In this document: piece after piece, positions 1-12,837 of the stretch
Layout: each line of letters begins with the position of its first letter
Position numbering within the stretch: the stretch's first letter is position 1
NCBI RefSeq assembly: GCF_009914755.1
Contig: NC_060930.1
Length of the DNA stretch: 64,000 nucleotides
Source of the DNA: the human T2T-CHM13v2.0 reference genome, Homo sapiens
Direction: 5' to 3' (one strand)
Position numbers and translations under genes: made by a program
The notes under the pieces: model-generated
Databases searched by the model: none
What the model was told of the DNA's origin: nothing
What the model saw: only the letters and a program-made list of their open reading frames with translations

Positions 1-254
1 TTCAATTATGGTAAGTAATTTGCATATTTTTTCTTATTTAAGATCTATACAACAGTTTTATGGGATGGTGGTGTTAAAATTATTTTTCCTTGGAATAATA
101 AGAATAAATATTTGGGATACCTGGTTTGGATTACTGCATTGGAGAAAAACGTACTTCAAAGCAGACTATCATTGTTAAGATTGTTGCATTTCTTGAGTTA
201 ATCAAGAGTAAGACCACATTTTTAATGAATATCTCTTACTATATAGGAATAATC

Positions 255-558
255 TTTCTTTTTTTTTTTTTTCTGGTTTTGAAACAGTATCTCTCTGTCA
301 CCCAGGCAGGAGTGCAGTGGGGCAGCTACAGCTCATTGCAGCTTCAACCTCTCGGGTCCGGTGGTCCTCCCAACATCACCCTCCCAAGTAGCTGGAACTA
401 TAAGCATGCACAACACCACCCGACTAATTTTCAAATTATTCGTACAGCTGAGATCTGTCTATGTTGCCCAGGCTGGTCTCAAAATCCTGGGCTCATGTGA
501 TTCTCCCACTTCAGACTCCCAAAGTACTGAGATTGTAGGCCTGGGCCTCCAAGCTTGG
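255..558 (-). mobile_element. Old Alu (AluJ-like)
   Basis: T-tract followed by gaaacagtatctctctgtcacccaggcaggagtgcagtgg ... ctcccaaagtactgagattgtaggc, a diverged antisense Alu dimer. Confidence 0.9.
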
Positions 559-1789
559 TGATTCTCCTTTTTAATACCTTAATTTGAGATATGGCCAGGC
601 AAACAGTAGACCTTACTTCTAATTACAGAATTGGGAGGAAAGAAAGAGTCTGAGCTCTGGGCACACAAGCTGATGCAGTTGATGGACAATGTCCTGCTGG
701 ATAACCTCCAAAGACTTGGTTGTAATTTTCTCAATCTCCATTTTTCATAGGAACCTAGTAGAAAGCAGGGGACAGCGAAGTCATCATCCAGGAGGAACTA
801 ACATGAAAAACATTTTGCATATATATTATTATTTTAAAATCATTTGCCTTAATTTTTAAACTGCTTATATAAAATGAATGTTTATCCCTTGAAATGAACT
901 ACATTAAAATTTAATGCAGATATTTCAGGTGGCTTCAGCTCAAAATAATTTGGGTAATTTTTAACAGTTGTTTATAATAAGTAAATTTATCTTTAAAGGA
1001 CAGCTGAGATAAATAATTTTTATGAATTTACACTTACAAATTTTTAGTATAGTGTTGTGCCTAGGGGAAAGTTTAATACATAATAGGTATTCAGTAAAAA
1101 CTTTTTGAAAAAAAAATTGAAGCGATAATAGGTTAGCCTGGATTTGCCATTTAATCAGTTCAGTTCAGAGTCTTGAGTATGTACATATGAATCATTGTTA
1201 AATAAACATGGAATTATTTTGTGAATTAAAACTAATGTATGTACATTTCTTAGATGATGTCTAACATGCAGTAGACGTCCAATGAGTCACAAATGGTGCA
1301 TAGTGTTTACTTTTGGAATAAAGTGAGACAGAAGACAATTGGTATTTTCTCTGTCTCTCTTGTATAACCTAGCATAACTCACCTTTCTTGAACATAGGCT
1401 CATGTTGAGTGGGAAGCAAGGGAGTAATCACATGGAAGAATGTTCTGCTTTCAGGAATTAATGCATCCTATTCCTAAATAATTAACTACAGGTAAGTATA
1501 TGATAGATGGATGGATAGATAGATAGGCAGACAGGCAGATATTCTCAAACAGCAATTAAAGTAAACATTACAACTTAATTCAATATCTCATATTACAGTT
1601 CAAGAATCTGAGAAAATATTTTCTAAAATAATGATATTAGGCATAGAAGAGACACACTTAGTGGCTATATAGAAATCTCAAACTTATACAAAAGCAATAA
1701 AAGTTCCCCTGATAGATATCAGTATGGGAATGTTATGTTTACATTAAACCCTGTATTTTAAAATGACTTAGTATTGGGGTTGGCAGTTT

Positions 1790-2918
1790 TGCCCCCTTAA
1801 TCTTCAATCCCTTGATATTGCACCTATGAATATGTCAGCTTACATGCTAAAAGAAACTTTGCAGAGGTGATGAAGGGTATGATGAGGAGACTATCCTGGA
1901 TTAGACAGTTTCAGTCTAATCACTCTAGTCCTTAAAGGAGGAGAGCCTTTTTTCAGCTGAATTCAGAAAGATGCTGTGATGGTTAATATTGAGTGTCAGC
2001 TTGATTGGATCGAAGGATGCAAAGTATTGTTCCTGGGTGTGTTTGTGAGGGTGTTGCCAAAGGAGATTAACATTTGAGTTAGTGTGCATAGGGAGAGGCA
2101 GACCCACCCTCAGTCTGGGTGGGCATCATCTATCAGCTGCCAGAGCAGCTAGAATAAAGCAGGCAGGAGAAGGTGGAAGAGCAGACCCGCTGAGTCTTCC
2201 TGCCTTCATTTTTCTTCTGTGCTGGATGGTTCCTGCTCTTGAACACCGAACTGCAAGTTCTTCAGCTTTGGACCTTTTGGACTTACACTACTGTATGTCA
2301 GGGGCTCTTGGGCCTTTGGCCAGAGACTAAAGATTGCACTGTTGGCTTCCCTACTTTTCAGATTTTGGGACTTGGACTGGCTTCCTTGCTCCTCAGCTTT
2401 CAGACGGCCTACTGTGGGACGTCACCTTGTGATCGTGTGAGTCAATTCTCCTTAATAAACTCCCCTTTATATACACATCTATCCTATTAATGTTGTTCCT
2501 CTAGTGAGCCCTGAATAATACAGATGCTCTGGAAAAGGGAGGGAGGGGAGAAATTCAAAGCCTGAGAAAATTTCAACCTAGAGGAAGGGGGCTGTTATAC
2601 AGGGAAAGTGGGCTGCCTCTAGAGGCTGAGAAGACCTCAAGCCAATTGTCAGAAGGAAAACAGGGACCTCAATCTCAAAATCAAAATGCACTGAATTCTG
2701 CCAGCAATCTGAGCGAGCAAGGAAACAGATTATCTTATATTCCCCGAAAAGCCATGGTACTCTGTCAACATTTCGACTTCTTCCTGGGGAGACTTGGAGC
2801 AGAGAAACTAGCTGAAATCACCAAATTCTGACCTCTTGAAACTGTGAGATAATCTATTTGTGTTGTTTTATTTCACTAAGGTTGTGGCAATTTGTTATAG
2901 CAACAGAAAACTAATGCA
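1790..2918 (+). mobile_element. MLT1-type MaLR LTR interrupted by MLT2A
   Basis: MLT1-like 5' part (tatgaatatgtcagcttacatgctaaaagaaactttgcagaggtga) and 3' end (gttgtggcaatttgttatagcaacagaaaactaatgca). Confidence 0.75.
1975..2522 (+). mobile_element. MLT2A (HERV-L) solo LTR
   Basis: Starts tgtgatggttaatattgagtgtcagcttgattgg, ends ccctgaataataca; 5-bp TSD GATGC at 1970-1974 and 2523-2527. Confidence 0.93.
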
Positions 2919-4400
2919 GGCATAATGGAGGATTCAGATAATTACAAATTTATCCAGCTTTCATTTGCTTACTTTTAAATCTTTCCAAGATGAACAACAA
3001 AAACATGTTAATTTTGTGACTTGCCTCAGTTAACAAAAGGAAAGTTCTGGTGTGAAAATGTCAATATAATACCGCATATTTTAGGCAAAGAGAGGTTGTG
3101 AAATAGTCTCATATAATTATAACATACATGTTTTCTATTTTTATGTTTACTGAATAAATGAAATTTAACGAGTTTGAGTTAAGTTTCTGAAAATTAAACA
3201 CAATTGCTTATATGCAAATTGAAAACTTGCATCTAACTATTTTGTTTTGTTTTATATTTGAAATTACAGTGACAATGATTTCCATTTAGCTCTAAAGCCA
3301 TTAAGCAAGGCAAATTTCTCAAGAAAAGGTTCTTAATGTAGTCCCTGAAGTTAAATGTAACAATTGTCTATCTAAAATTGCTCTTGGAATTCTACATCGC
3401 AATAATCATTTGCAAATGTAATATTTTTCAGTTACCAAAACTATTTTATCTTTACTGAACTTTCCTGTGGATGTTCTGAAATTATTCCTTCCCTTCCTTT
3501 AATTGCAGATTTTTCAAATGTAGCTTCCAGATAGCAGCTTCCAGGTAGCAATCATGATCTAAATCACTGAAGCCTGTGTAGTGATGTGTATAGTCTCTTA
3601 GTCCCTAAGAGGTTCCACAAATATCATCTCCTATACACGTTTTGAACCTCCTAGACGATGATACAAAGCACTTATAGTCAGACTATTCAGTCCTGGGAGA
3701 TTTTTGAGGTCTAAAATCTCACAGTGATTATTTGGTTCTTGTATTTGTAGTTCATCAAGTCACACAGTTCATCAAATTCATTTCTGGCTCAGACCTTGCC
3801 ATATTTAGGGGCTAAAACAGAGCCACTACCTAGAGTTTGCTTGAATTCTAAGGCCAAGATCATAGTCTTTGTTTTCTTGTTGTTGTTGATATCTTCTATA
3901 TGCATTTAGTAATCTCATATCACTGGGAAGTCTGGAATGTCCAAAAGCCTAGATGATGTACTGTGGAACTCACATGATCCCTCTGATAAGGGTGAGAGTC
4001 TATACAGGGATAGATACAATGAATAAACTAAACCTTAATCCACTCCCTGTATAATTGAATCTGTTTTAAACAAACCCTAATTTTTTAATTAAAGCTCCTC
4101 TGATCATTGAAATCAATTGTATTTGTATACCTAAAACAAGCCATGGACCCGAATAAGGAGTAGATTAGAATACAGACCAGGAATGGAGTAAAGAGGTCAA
4201 AAGTGAGGAATGACTAATTTGCAAAATAACAAATTCAAAGATAGTAACAAATATCCCAGCCTCAAAGTTGTAATTAATAATGATAATAATAGTAATAATA
4301 GATATATATTGACTATGTGTGTGCTCGGCAGTGTTTTATGTATTGTATGGACTCATAAGAACAGAGAGCCCCCGGCTCAATGGAAATGGGCATATTATGT

Positions 4401-4575
4401 AAAAAAAAAACACACACACACACACAAAAAACTGTCTTGTTAAAAACCAATATATTTCAGGTTTTCTTTTCTTTCTTTCTTTCCTTCTTTCAGCCTGCCT
4501 TTCTTTCTCTCTCTGCCCTTTCTTTCTTTCTTTCTTTCTCTTTCTTTCTCTCTTTCTTTCATCTCTTTCCTTTCC
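4401..4575. repeat. A-tract/(CA)n and (TTTC)n-like simple repeats
   Basis: Directly visible low-complexity sequence; explains the K/R-rich and F/S/L-rich ORFs at 4336-4644. Confidence 0.9.
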
Positions 4576-4856
4576 CAGTTTATCTTCATATAAATATTGA
4601 TTACCTGAAATTGGTGCTACTGTAACAATGACAATAAAATGCACAGTATTTACTTTAAGTCTGGGCAGTAAACAGCAAGGGAACTCTTACTGGAGGCTGT
4701 AAGAAAGGCAATTTGTATTACGCAAGAGTGAAACATAAAACTGTCACTTGTGATACCATGAAAGAGAGAAAATATCCCAGTGAACTTGTAGCTTTAGGTC
4801 AAAAGTTGAACAAGTTTAACAAAGAGAATTTGTGATGGTTGCATTTGTAATGGTAC

Positions 4857-6378
4857 TGAGAGGTGACAGCGTGCTGGCAGTCCTCACATCCCTCGCTCGC
4901 TCTCGGTGCCTCCTCTGCCTGGGCTCCCACTTTGGCGGCACTTGAGGAGCCCTTCGGCCGCCGCTGCACTGTGGGAGCCCCTTTCTGGGCTGGCCAAGGC
5001 TGGAGCCCACTCCCTCAGCTTGCAGGGAGGTGTGGAGGGAGAGGTGCGAGCAGGAACCGGGGCTGCCTGCCGCGCTTGCGGGCCAGCTGGAGTTCCGGGT
5101 CAGCTGGAGTTCCGGGTGGGCGTGGTCTTGGCGGCCCCACACTCGGAACAGCTGGCCAGCCCTGCTGGCACCAGGCAATGAGGGACTTAGCACCCGGGCC
5201 AGTGGCTGCGGAGAGTGAACTGGGTCCCCCAGCAGTGCCAGCCCACCGATGCTGCGCTTGATTTCTCACCGAGCCTTAGCTGCCTTCCCGCGGGGTAGGG
5301 CTCGGGACCTGCAGCCCGCCATGCCTGAGCCTCCCACCCACTCCATGGGCTTCTGTGCGCCCGAGCCTCCCCAGCGAGCACCACCCCCTGCTCTACGGCG
5401 CCCAGTCCCATCGACCACCCAAGGGCTGAGGAATGCGAGCGCACGGCGCAGGACTGGCAGGCAGCTCCACCTGCAGCCCCGGTGCGGGATCCACTAGGTG
5501 AAGCCAGCTGGGCTCCTGAGTCTGGTGGGGAGGTGGAGAGTCTTTATATCTAGCTCAGGGATTGTAAACACACCAATCAGCACCGTGTGTCTAGCTCAAG
5601 GTTTGTGAGTGCACCAGTGGACACTCTGTATCTAGCTGCTCTGGTGGGGCCTTGGAGAACCTTTATGTCTAGCTCAGGGATTGTAAATACACCAATCAGC
5701 ACCCTGTGTTTAGCTCAAGGTTTGTGAGTGCACCAATCGACACTCCGTATCTAGCTGCTCTGGTGGGGCCTTGGAGAACCTGTGTGTGGAAACTCTGTAT
5801 CTAACTAATCTAATGGGGATGTGAAGAACCTTTGTATCTAGCTCAGGGATTGTAAACGCACCAATCAGCACCCTGACAAAAGAGGCCACTCGGCTCCACC
5901 AATCAGCAGGATGTGGGTGGGGCCAGATAAGAGAATAAAAGCAGGCTGCCCAAGCCAGCAATGGCAACCCCCTGGGGTCCCCTTCCACAGTGTGGAAGCT
6001 TTGTTCTTTCGCTCTTTGCAATAAATCTTGCTACTGCACACTCTTTGGGTCCACGCTGCTTTTATGAGCTGTCACACTCACCGCGAAGATCTGCAGCTTC
6101 ACTCCTGATCCCAGCAAGACCAGGAGCCCACCGGGAGGAACGAACAACTCCAGACGCGCTACCTTAAGAGCTGTAACACTCACCGCGAAGGTCTGCAGCT
6201 TCACTCCTGAGCCAGCAAGACCACGAACCCACCAGAAGGAAGAAACTCCGAACACATCTGAACATCAGAAGGGACAGACTCCAGACGCGCCACCTTAAGA
6301 GCTGTAACACTCACCGCGAGGGTCCGCGGCTTCATTCTTGAAGTCAGTGAGACCAAGAACCCACCAATTCCAGACACA
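4857..6378 (+). mobile_element. LTR12C (ERV9) solo LTR
   Basis: Starts tgagaggtgacagcgtgctggcagtcc, ends ccaccaattccagacaca; 4-bp TSD GTAC at 4853-4856 and 6379-6382; characteristic U3 and U5 tandem repeats. Confidence 0.96.
5545..5945 (+). promoter_or_regulatory. LTR12C U3 enhancer/promoter: CCAAT (NF-Y) repeats, GATA site, AATAAA TATA-equivalent
   Basis: CCAAT at 5573, 5692, 5733, 5861 and 5899; GATAA at 5926-5930; AATAAA at 5934-5939, matching the known ERV9 promoter layout. Activity not shown. Confidence 0.7.
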
Positions 6379-6818
6379 GTACTATAGGAAAGAGATGAGC
6401 TTGGAAAATAATTCAATGGTTTTCATGCAAAAATATGATGGCATTGTTTAGAATTTTAGGGGTGTGTAGGGTTGAAACACATTTTTAACCACAACCATTA
6501 AAAAGCAAAATTGAGAAATGATTTGATCAGCAAAGGTCAATCAAAACTCAGATTCACAGTAAAGTCAAGTGTATGACTATCACACTCACTGTTAAAACTA
6601 TACAGTAGTTTAAGATGATGCTCAGTCAATCCTTTCAGTTCAACAAATAGTGCAAGGAAATGAGACTGAAGGTAAGCCTGTTCTACAGATTCCTGGCAGG
6701 ATCAAGGTACCCAAAATTAAATCTAAAGGGAGAGTCATATCATTAAAAGAATAGTATGTTTTATAACCAGAAGTTATGACACACACACAAAAGACTTGAA
6801 TCTTTAAGGGGGTTATTC

Positions 6819-7332
6819 TGAAGCTGTCATCACAGGGTTAACAAGAATTCTGGACAGAAATATAGTTACAAGTATGCATTAGTCAGGCTGCAATTTGATT
6901 CACTTCCTTGTAACCAAAATCAAAGTCACTAGATATCGACCATTTGCATGTCCATTGTTCTTCTAGGTAGGATATCTGAAGTTAGAATCATAAGACTTTT
7001 AAGAATCCTGAATTCCAGCAGAACAGCTGATGCCAACCCGAAAACCCCACATGAGAACTAAATCAGCATGAGAATGCAGTTTCTTCTTCTCCCTGTCTCA
7101 TGACTGCACCCTGCACTCTTCAACTAATCAACAATCTCCACACATCAGTCCACTCCAAAACCTTTAAAAACCCTACCCTCAAACTCCTCGAGAAGACGGC
7201 CTTCAGGTTTCCTCCTGTCTCTTTGTTTGGCGGCCCTACAATTAAACCTCCTTCTCTGCTGCAACCTGATGTCTTGGTGTATTGATTTGTCTTGTGCATA
7301 GGGCAATGGGCAATGAACCTTTTGAGGCTATA
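6819..7332 (+). mobile_element. ERV1-class solo LTR (MER72-like; subfamily uncertain)
   Basis: tgaagctgtcatcacagggttaacaagaattctggacagaaat ... attaaa polyA signal ... ggctata; 4-bp TSD ATTC at 6815-6818 and 7333-7336. Confidence 0.8.
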
Positions 7333-8691
7333 ATTCCACTAAGTCATCCACCTCTCTGGAATAAAAAATAAAATGACCTCAATATTCTAAAGATGTAAAA
7401 CAAGCCTATAAAAAAATCCTGCACAGCCTCCAGAGAAGACAAATTCTCAAATTCCCTCTTTAAGTGAAGACAAGAAGGATAATAGAAAGTTAAAGAACTC
7501 CCAAAGGTCAATCCCATGGATGATGGAGAACAAGGTACAGAACTGGATTGCTAATCCTAGGAAGTGACATTAGGGTCTAATCAAGGAATACACTTCCAGT
7601 GTAAAAGCACCTCATAAATTCCACACAGCTGGATTTCAGAATTGCTGTTGACCAATGACCATTATATCTCCTGTTCTTCCCATGTCAAAATGGTCACTGT
7701 GGTTGTCTTGTGTCTGCTTCACTATGTAATATTTGGTAGGGGAAAGGGGATCATTGACACTTAGGTCAATAGGAATCACATCCAGACTTCATTTAGAGAC
7801 TATCACATTACCTAGATTCATGGATTTTAGTTAGATACTAAGATTGCTTGGGACTTTGTGTTCCCCCCGCCTGGGGAAACAGGAGAAACAGGAGAAGTAA
7901 ACAGTTACACCTTATGGAACATCTTCTCCATTAATATTTTCTTAATAGAGCATTTTTCTGCTTTTTCTATCCAAACTTAGTAGAACTTACATATTTCTCA
8001 ATGTAAATATTTTGACCAATATTTATCTAAAAAAATTTCAAAAACTCAATAGCAATATTTTAGCAAAACCGGTATATGTGAAAGTCTCAGGTTGCATAAC
8101 AAATACATTTGACAGAACTTCTAAATCATATGCAGATATCTTGAAAACTTGCAGAGTATCAACAAAAGAAATACCATTCTTATATGAAGCACATCACAGT
8201 GTCATTGTCAGTTAAAATATTCTCTGTGACTTTGTACTTGTGTTGAACATCTTGCCACATTACTTTTTATATTTCTATAGTACTTGTCTAAAATAGTAAA
8301 ACAAGTCCTCCAAACAATAAAGAAATTTGTATAAAAATTATTGAGAAAAGCTGTATCAATGGAAGAAAACTTACTGAATGCAAAAGAACTGCTTGTTAAC
8401 AACCGTATTGTTTGGTAGTTAAGAACCAAAGATGTAAGCAATTTATATACTTAGGCAATAGTTCATAATGTGTATTCTTTAATGCATTTTAAAAAGTAAT
8501 ATATTGGTTGTAAATATTTGACTGATGTGTAACTCATTAGGAATATTTTTCATTTAAATTATTAAGAAATAGGCTACTTGTTAGTATTTTCACACATAAA
8601 CCTCTAATTCGCAGGAATAAATTACTGTGATTAATGGGAGACCCCTGTAAAAAAGAGGATCAACCAAGTTTTTGGTGACAATGAAGACAGA

Positions 8692-9070
8692 TGTGACCAT
8701 TATTTGTGCTGTTGAAAAATATCCTCATTCTCCAGCCCACCTTCTGGACACAAGGTAGTTGCACTTCCTGAATTCTGTCTGGAGGATGGGGCTGGGTGGT
8801 GAGTTTCAGTCCGTGAGGTGGGGTGGAAGAATGCACATCATTTCTGGACCAAAGTACTTAATCCACTATGATATCCTCCAGTGTGTTATTTCCTCCAGCT
8901 ACTGTGAAAAGTAATATTAGCTTTGGTCCTTGAATGAGGATGGCATATACACCAGATGGGCTATAATGGACACCTAACATGAATGGAAAAAAAAAAAAAA
9001 AATCCTGTGTTGTTTTCCCTCTGTGGGGCAAGTGGGAGGTGAGTTTTACTTGAAAAATCTAGTCTGATCT
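8692..9070 (+). mobile_element. Old MLT1 (I/J-like) LTR
   Basis: cacaaggtagttgcacttcctg, ggtccttgaatgagga, ggacacctaacatgaatg...ctgtgttgtttt motifs. Confidence 0.55.
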
Positions 9071-10934
9071 CTGTTTCTCTACAACTTCATTATGACTGAA
9101 CAAGCACAAATACTGTCATCTCTACTCTGATTTACTATAAAAGACTTGTAATTGATTTTTCTCTTTCATGTTCATAATCTGCAAGTCTTCTTTCCATAGA
9201 GGGAGAATAAATTTTTTTAACATGCAAATAAGATTGTGTCAGCAGTTCTAATGTGCCTATGGATAATTCGAGTAGAGTATAAGTAAAATTTACTAGTAGG
9301 TGTTCCAGGAACTGTGAGGCCAAATTTTAGAAAGTCCATTATTATGGATGTTAGAGTTCCCAAGCATAAAAGAGAATAATGAATGGAAAGAAAGGTTATA
9401 ATTCAGTTAGTGGCTAAAGTCACTGAATATTTACAATGTGGCAGACACTCTTTAGTTCTCACATCACTCTAATTCTCTTACAACTTCTCCTACTTTATAT
9501 ATGAGGAAATTTAATGACAGAAAGATTATGGTAAACAATATGTCTTAGGTAACACAATTGTTAACGTAATAGAAGTGGGATTCAAACTTGCCACAGAGCC
9601 TAACACTTAACTGCCAAAAACCAAAAAAAAATCCTGAAAGTTCTATGGACAGAACCAATAAAAAGTAGGCAAAAGGAGCTCATGAGGAGTTTATGAAAGT
9701 GCCTGTTACAATGCTGAATGCAAAGCAACTGCATGCTTTGTACTTATATTCTTATCTGGATGCTTTATAGGTACCAGATTTTCTCTGCTCGTTCATCAGT
9801 AGACAGATGAATGTTCCTGATTTCCACTTGACAAGTTAATGCATTTTGGAAGTGTAAATACTCAAATAAAATTCAAAATCAATGTCTAATAAAATTTTTC
9901 TGAGCCTGGACTCCACCACTAGACAACGTATGCATGTAAGAAATCCGCACTTATACTCACTAACTCTATAAAGACAAAAATACAAATTTTCTTCTTTTTC
10001 CTATAGTATAAAGAGCTCCCTTGGTGCGGGTGAGCATGTTATTATTCATGCTCTATCATATTCCAAATTTCATTTTATGCTACAGGTTAGCATATCAATT
10101 ACTATCCTCATTTTCCATTGAAAGGTCAGCGTTGCTGTTTGTGTGGTTTTTGAGCAGAAGAAATATGCATTCTGAACAGTGTTATAAATGTATTAGTTAT
10201 TCCTTAATAACTTATTATGCTACTTGGATGACTATAAGAATGTAATATATACCACTAGGTAAGTTATATTTTCTCAAGTAGAAACAAAGAATTGAAAAAC
10301 TAGAAGATTATCTTATGATACCTAGTTTAACTTCCATGTTCCATAGGTGAAGAAATTGAGTCCCAAGTAAGTTAAATAACTTTCCCTGAATTTCAGAGGA
10401 TACTAGTAAATAGGGATAAATTGAGGACCATAACTGAGGGCCCTTGAATCTGTGTTCCATGTAGCTTATGTAATTAATAAAATAAAAGCCTCAATGTTAC
10501 ACAGCAAATATGTCTATCTACAGAAATTTATTAAATAGTATTTTTAATAGTAAATGAGAAGTCAAAAAGGTTGGCTCATATAAAGATACTATATAAAGTA
10601 TTTTTCTTGCTACCACAACGTAATCATTGCATTGTTAGGGTTGTGTTTTCTCTGAACTATCCATCATAAGATTTATTTTTTGACTTTTGTATATCTAATG
10701 CTTTCTCACTTAGATCTTCTAGTAATTCACATCTGAGTTCACTTTGCTCTCACCACTTTTCTAAGCAGGGTTAGGCTACAATGGTAACACTTTACCTTCT
10801 TGCAGTGTGCTATATTTCATTTTGTAATTATATGAAAAGACATTGTAAAAAAGAGGAAAGAAAAGCTCAATGTATTTTACAGAATGCATTTTGTGCCAAG
10901 TCTGAAGTACCACATACTTGTGAATACCAGAGAG

Positions 10935-11130
10935 TTTTCAAAGCATTTTCATTTTATTTCACATTATTTCATTTAATTCTCCCACTAATCTGTAGAGGTA
11001 GGCGAAGTAGGTTTTAATGTCTCTGTTTTATAGATGAGAAAACTTGTCATTGGAAGGATAAGTGACTTGCCCAAGTTCACACTGGTATTAAGTGGTGAAG
11101 CTGTCCATTATTCAGTGCTTCTCCCTCTAC
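10935..11130 (+). mobile_element. MIR
   Basis: MIR core: tttatagatgagaaaact...aagtgacttgcccaagttcacac. Confidence 0.8.
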
Positions 11131-11254
11131 AGTTTACTGAGATAATCAGTGTTGCTTAATAGTAGCTGCCTAGAATACATCTACTATAATTATGAAATAC
11201 CTACCCTCAAAGCCACAAACTGGCCCTTTTCCAATTTCTCACACTTTTATAGAG

Positions 11255-11470
11255 CAGAGGTCAGCAAACTAAAGCCCACAGATCAAATTGGAGTCCTTCC
11301 TACTTTTGTAAATAAAGTTTATTAAAACACAACCACAGTCATTCATTTACATATTGTCTATGGCTGTTTTCCCGCTGCAATGGCAAAGGTAAGTAGTTGG
11401 GAGAAAGGTCACATGGTCCCAAAGTCTTCAGTGCTCTTCGGCCTTTGCCTTGAATGTGTGCTGACCCCTG
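11255..11470 (+). mobile_element. MER58A (hAT-Charlie) DNA transposon
   Basis: TIRs cagaggtcagcaaac / gtgtgctgacccctg; internal tttgtaaataaagtttatt...cattcatttacatattgtctatggctg. Confidence 0.88.
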
Positions 11471-12266
11471 CTAGAGAATATGAAAAGCTAAAGTATACTT
11501 CCAGACTCTTGCAGCTATTCTTTCAGAAACTACAGAAATCTCTAAGTAATCTTTCCAGGAAATGTTTTTAAAATAAACAGACTTGACTGGCTTGGCTCTT
11601 CTTTTCTTTGTCCCTTTCCTATATTTGCTTCTTCCAACCTGTATTGTGAACAACACCTGGGATTGCAGTCATTACTTAGTATACATGAAGAGACAAACAT
11701 ATGGACAAATGAGGACGGATAGAAAGAAAACAGAGTTAGGGTGCCTAACTACATTTCTGAGCAACTTCTTCAGCCCTGGACTTCGTGGATCTATAAAGGA
11801 TTCTCTACATATGAAATACACTGTTAGTAGTGTTACTTGATTATAATTTAAAAAAATTATAATGGATGCATTCAAATGTCCTGTCATTTACTGAGTCATA
11901 ACAATAGTGTTAGCTTCCATGTTAAGGCCACTAAATATTGAATCACTTTAGGATTCAGCATTTTACTCCTTTATCTACACCCACTCCCTTAGCGATCTTA
12001 TATAACCTCATGAATATACAGTGTTTATGTGATGATTAATCTTAATTCTATCACAAGGCCAGTCATCTATTCAGCTAGCTACTCGGCAACTCTACATGGA
12101 AGTTTATCCATATTTCAAACTTGACTTCTGCAAAACCTGATCCTCTTGAAGATTTCCCCATTCCAGTTAATAGCAATTTAATGTTTCAATGCTTGTGCCA
12201 ACAACTGTGGAGTCATCCTTGATTTCTCTCTGTCATCTACATTCCATATTTTTAGCAAATCTAGTC

Positions 12267-12837
12267 GTAACCCCATCAAAATATTTCCTGAGGCCCTGCA
12301 AGCTGAAGCTTAGTCCTTGTTATACAGGTGAGAAGAATATGTCAGATTGCCAGTGCCTTCCTCTTCTATAACTAAAAGTTCTTTGAGTCTAACATCTGGA
12401 TAAATTGTGCCCAACATTAAACTTCATTTTTCTTCTGTCTCTATAGAAATGCCTCTTATTAAAAATCAATTTGTCTTCATCACAGACAGAAGCCTAGACC
12501 ACCTGAGATGCCATCTCCTCATATTGGAAACAGCTGTTTAACTGAACTGATCTAGTTTCAGGACTAGTCTGCAGTTCATTTAAGTGCTGTGCTAAAACTG
12601 TTGGTAAGGATATCAACATCTTTGTCACATAAGCCTAGGAACACTAACTGGGAACCCCATGAGTAGATGCAGATAACTGCAAAGTGGTTTTATTTTTATT
12701 TCCCTTGTGCATAACCCACCTCAACCCCACAACTATGCCTCTTGTCAACAGGAAGAAGCTAGAGTGATCATCAGCCTTTTCCCATCTCTATAGCCAACAC
12801 CTTAAGAGTAAGGTGCTATGGAGCCCAAAGCAGGGTT
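12267..12837 (+). mobile_element. ERV1 (MER4-group) LTR-like piece plus 3' end of an internal region
   Basis: caggaagaagctagagtgatcatcagccttttccc resembles the MER4-group internal 3' end and lies just upstream of an LTR. Confidence 0.5.

Larger units (their letters stand above)
4640..7880 (+). mobile_element. Degenerate MaLR (MLT1) internal sequence hosting two younger LTRs
   Basis: MaLR-internal-like motifs (aaaactgtcacttgtgatacc...gaaaatatcccagtgaacttg; gctggatttcagaattgctg...) on both sides of the nested LTRs; boundaries approximate. Confidence 0.45.

Noticed and set aside
126-500. 124-aa ORF with a hydrophobic stretch
   Set aside because: It runs through an antisense Alu and its T-tail; the same applies to the ORFs at 41256 and 51658.
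4336-4644. K/R/E-rich and F/L/S-rich ORFs
   Set aside because: Translations of (TTTC)n and (CA)n simple repeats.
5545-6330. Regularly spaced repeats resembling a CRISPR array
   Set aside because: These are the known ERV9 U3/U5 tandem subrepeats; there are no unique spacers or cas genes, and the DNA is eukaryotic.
4816-6416. Dense overlapping ORFs (60-132 aa)
   Set aside because: All lie within the GC-rich LTR12C, which is poor in stop codons; no recognisable protein domain.
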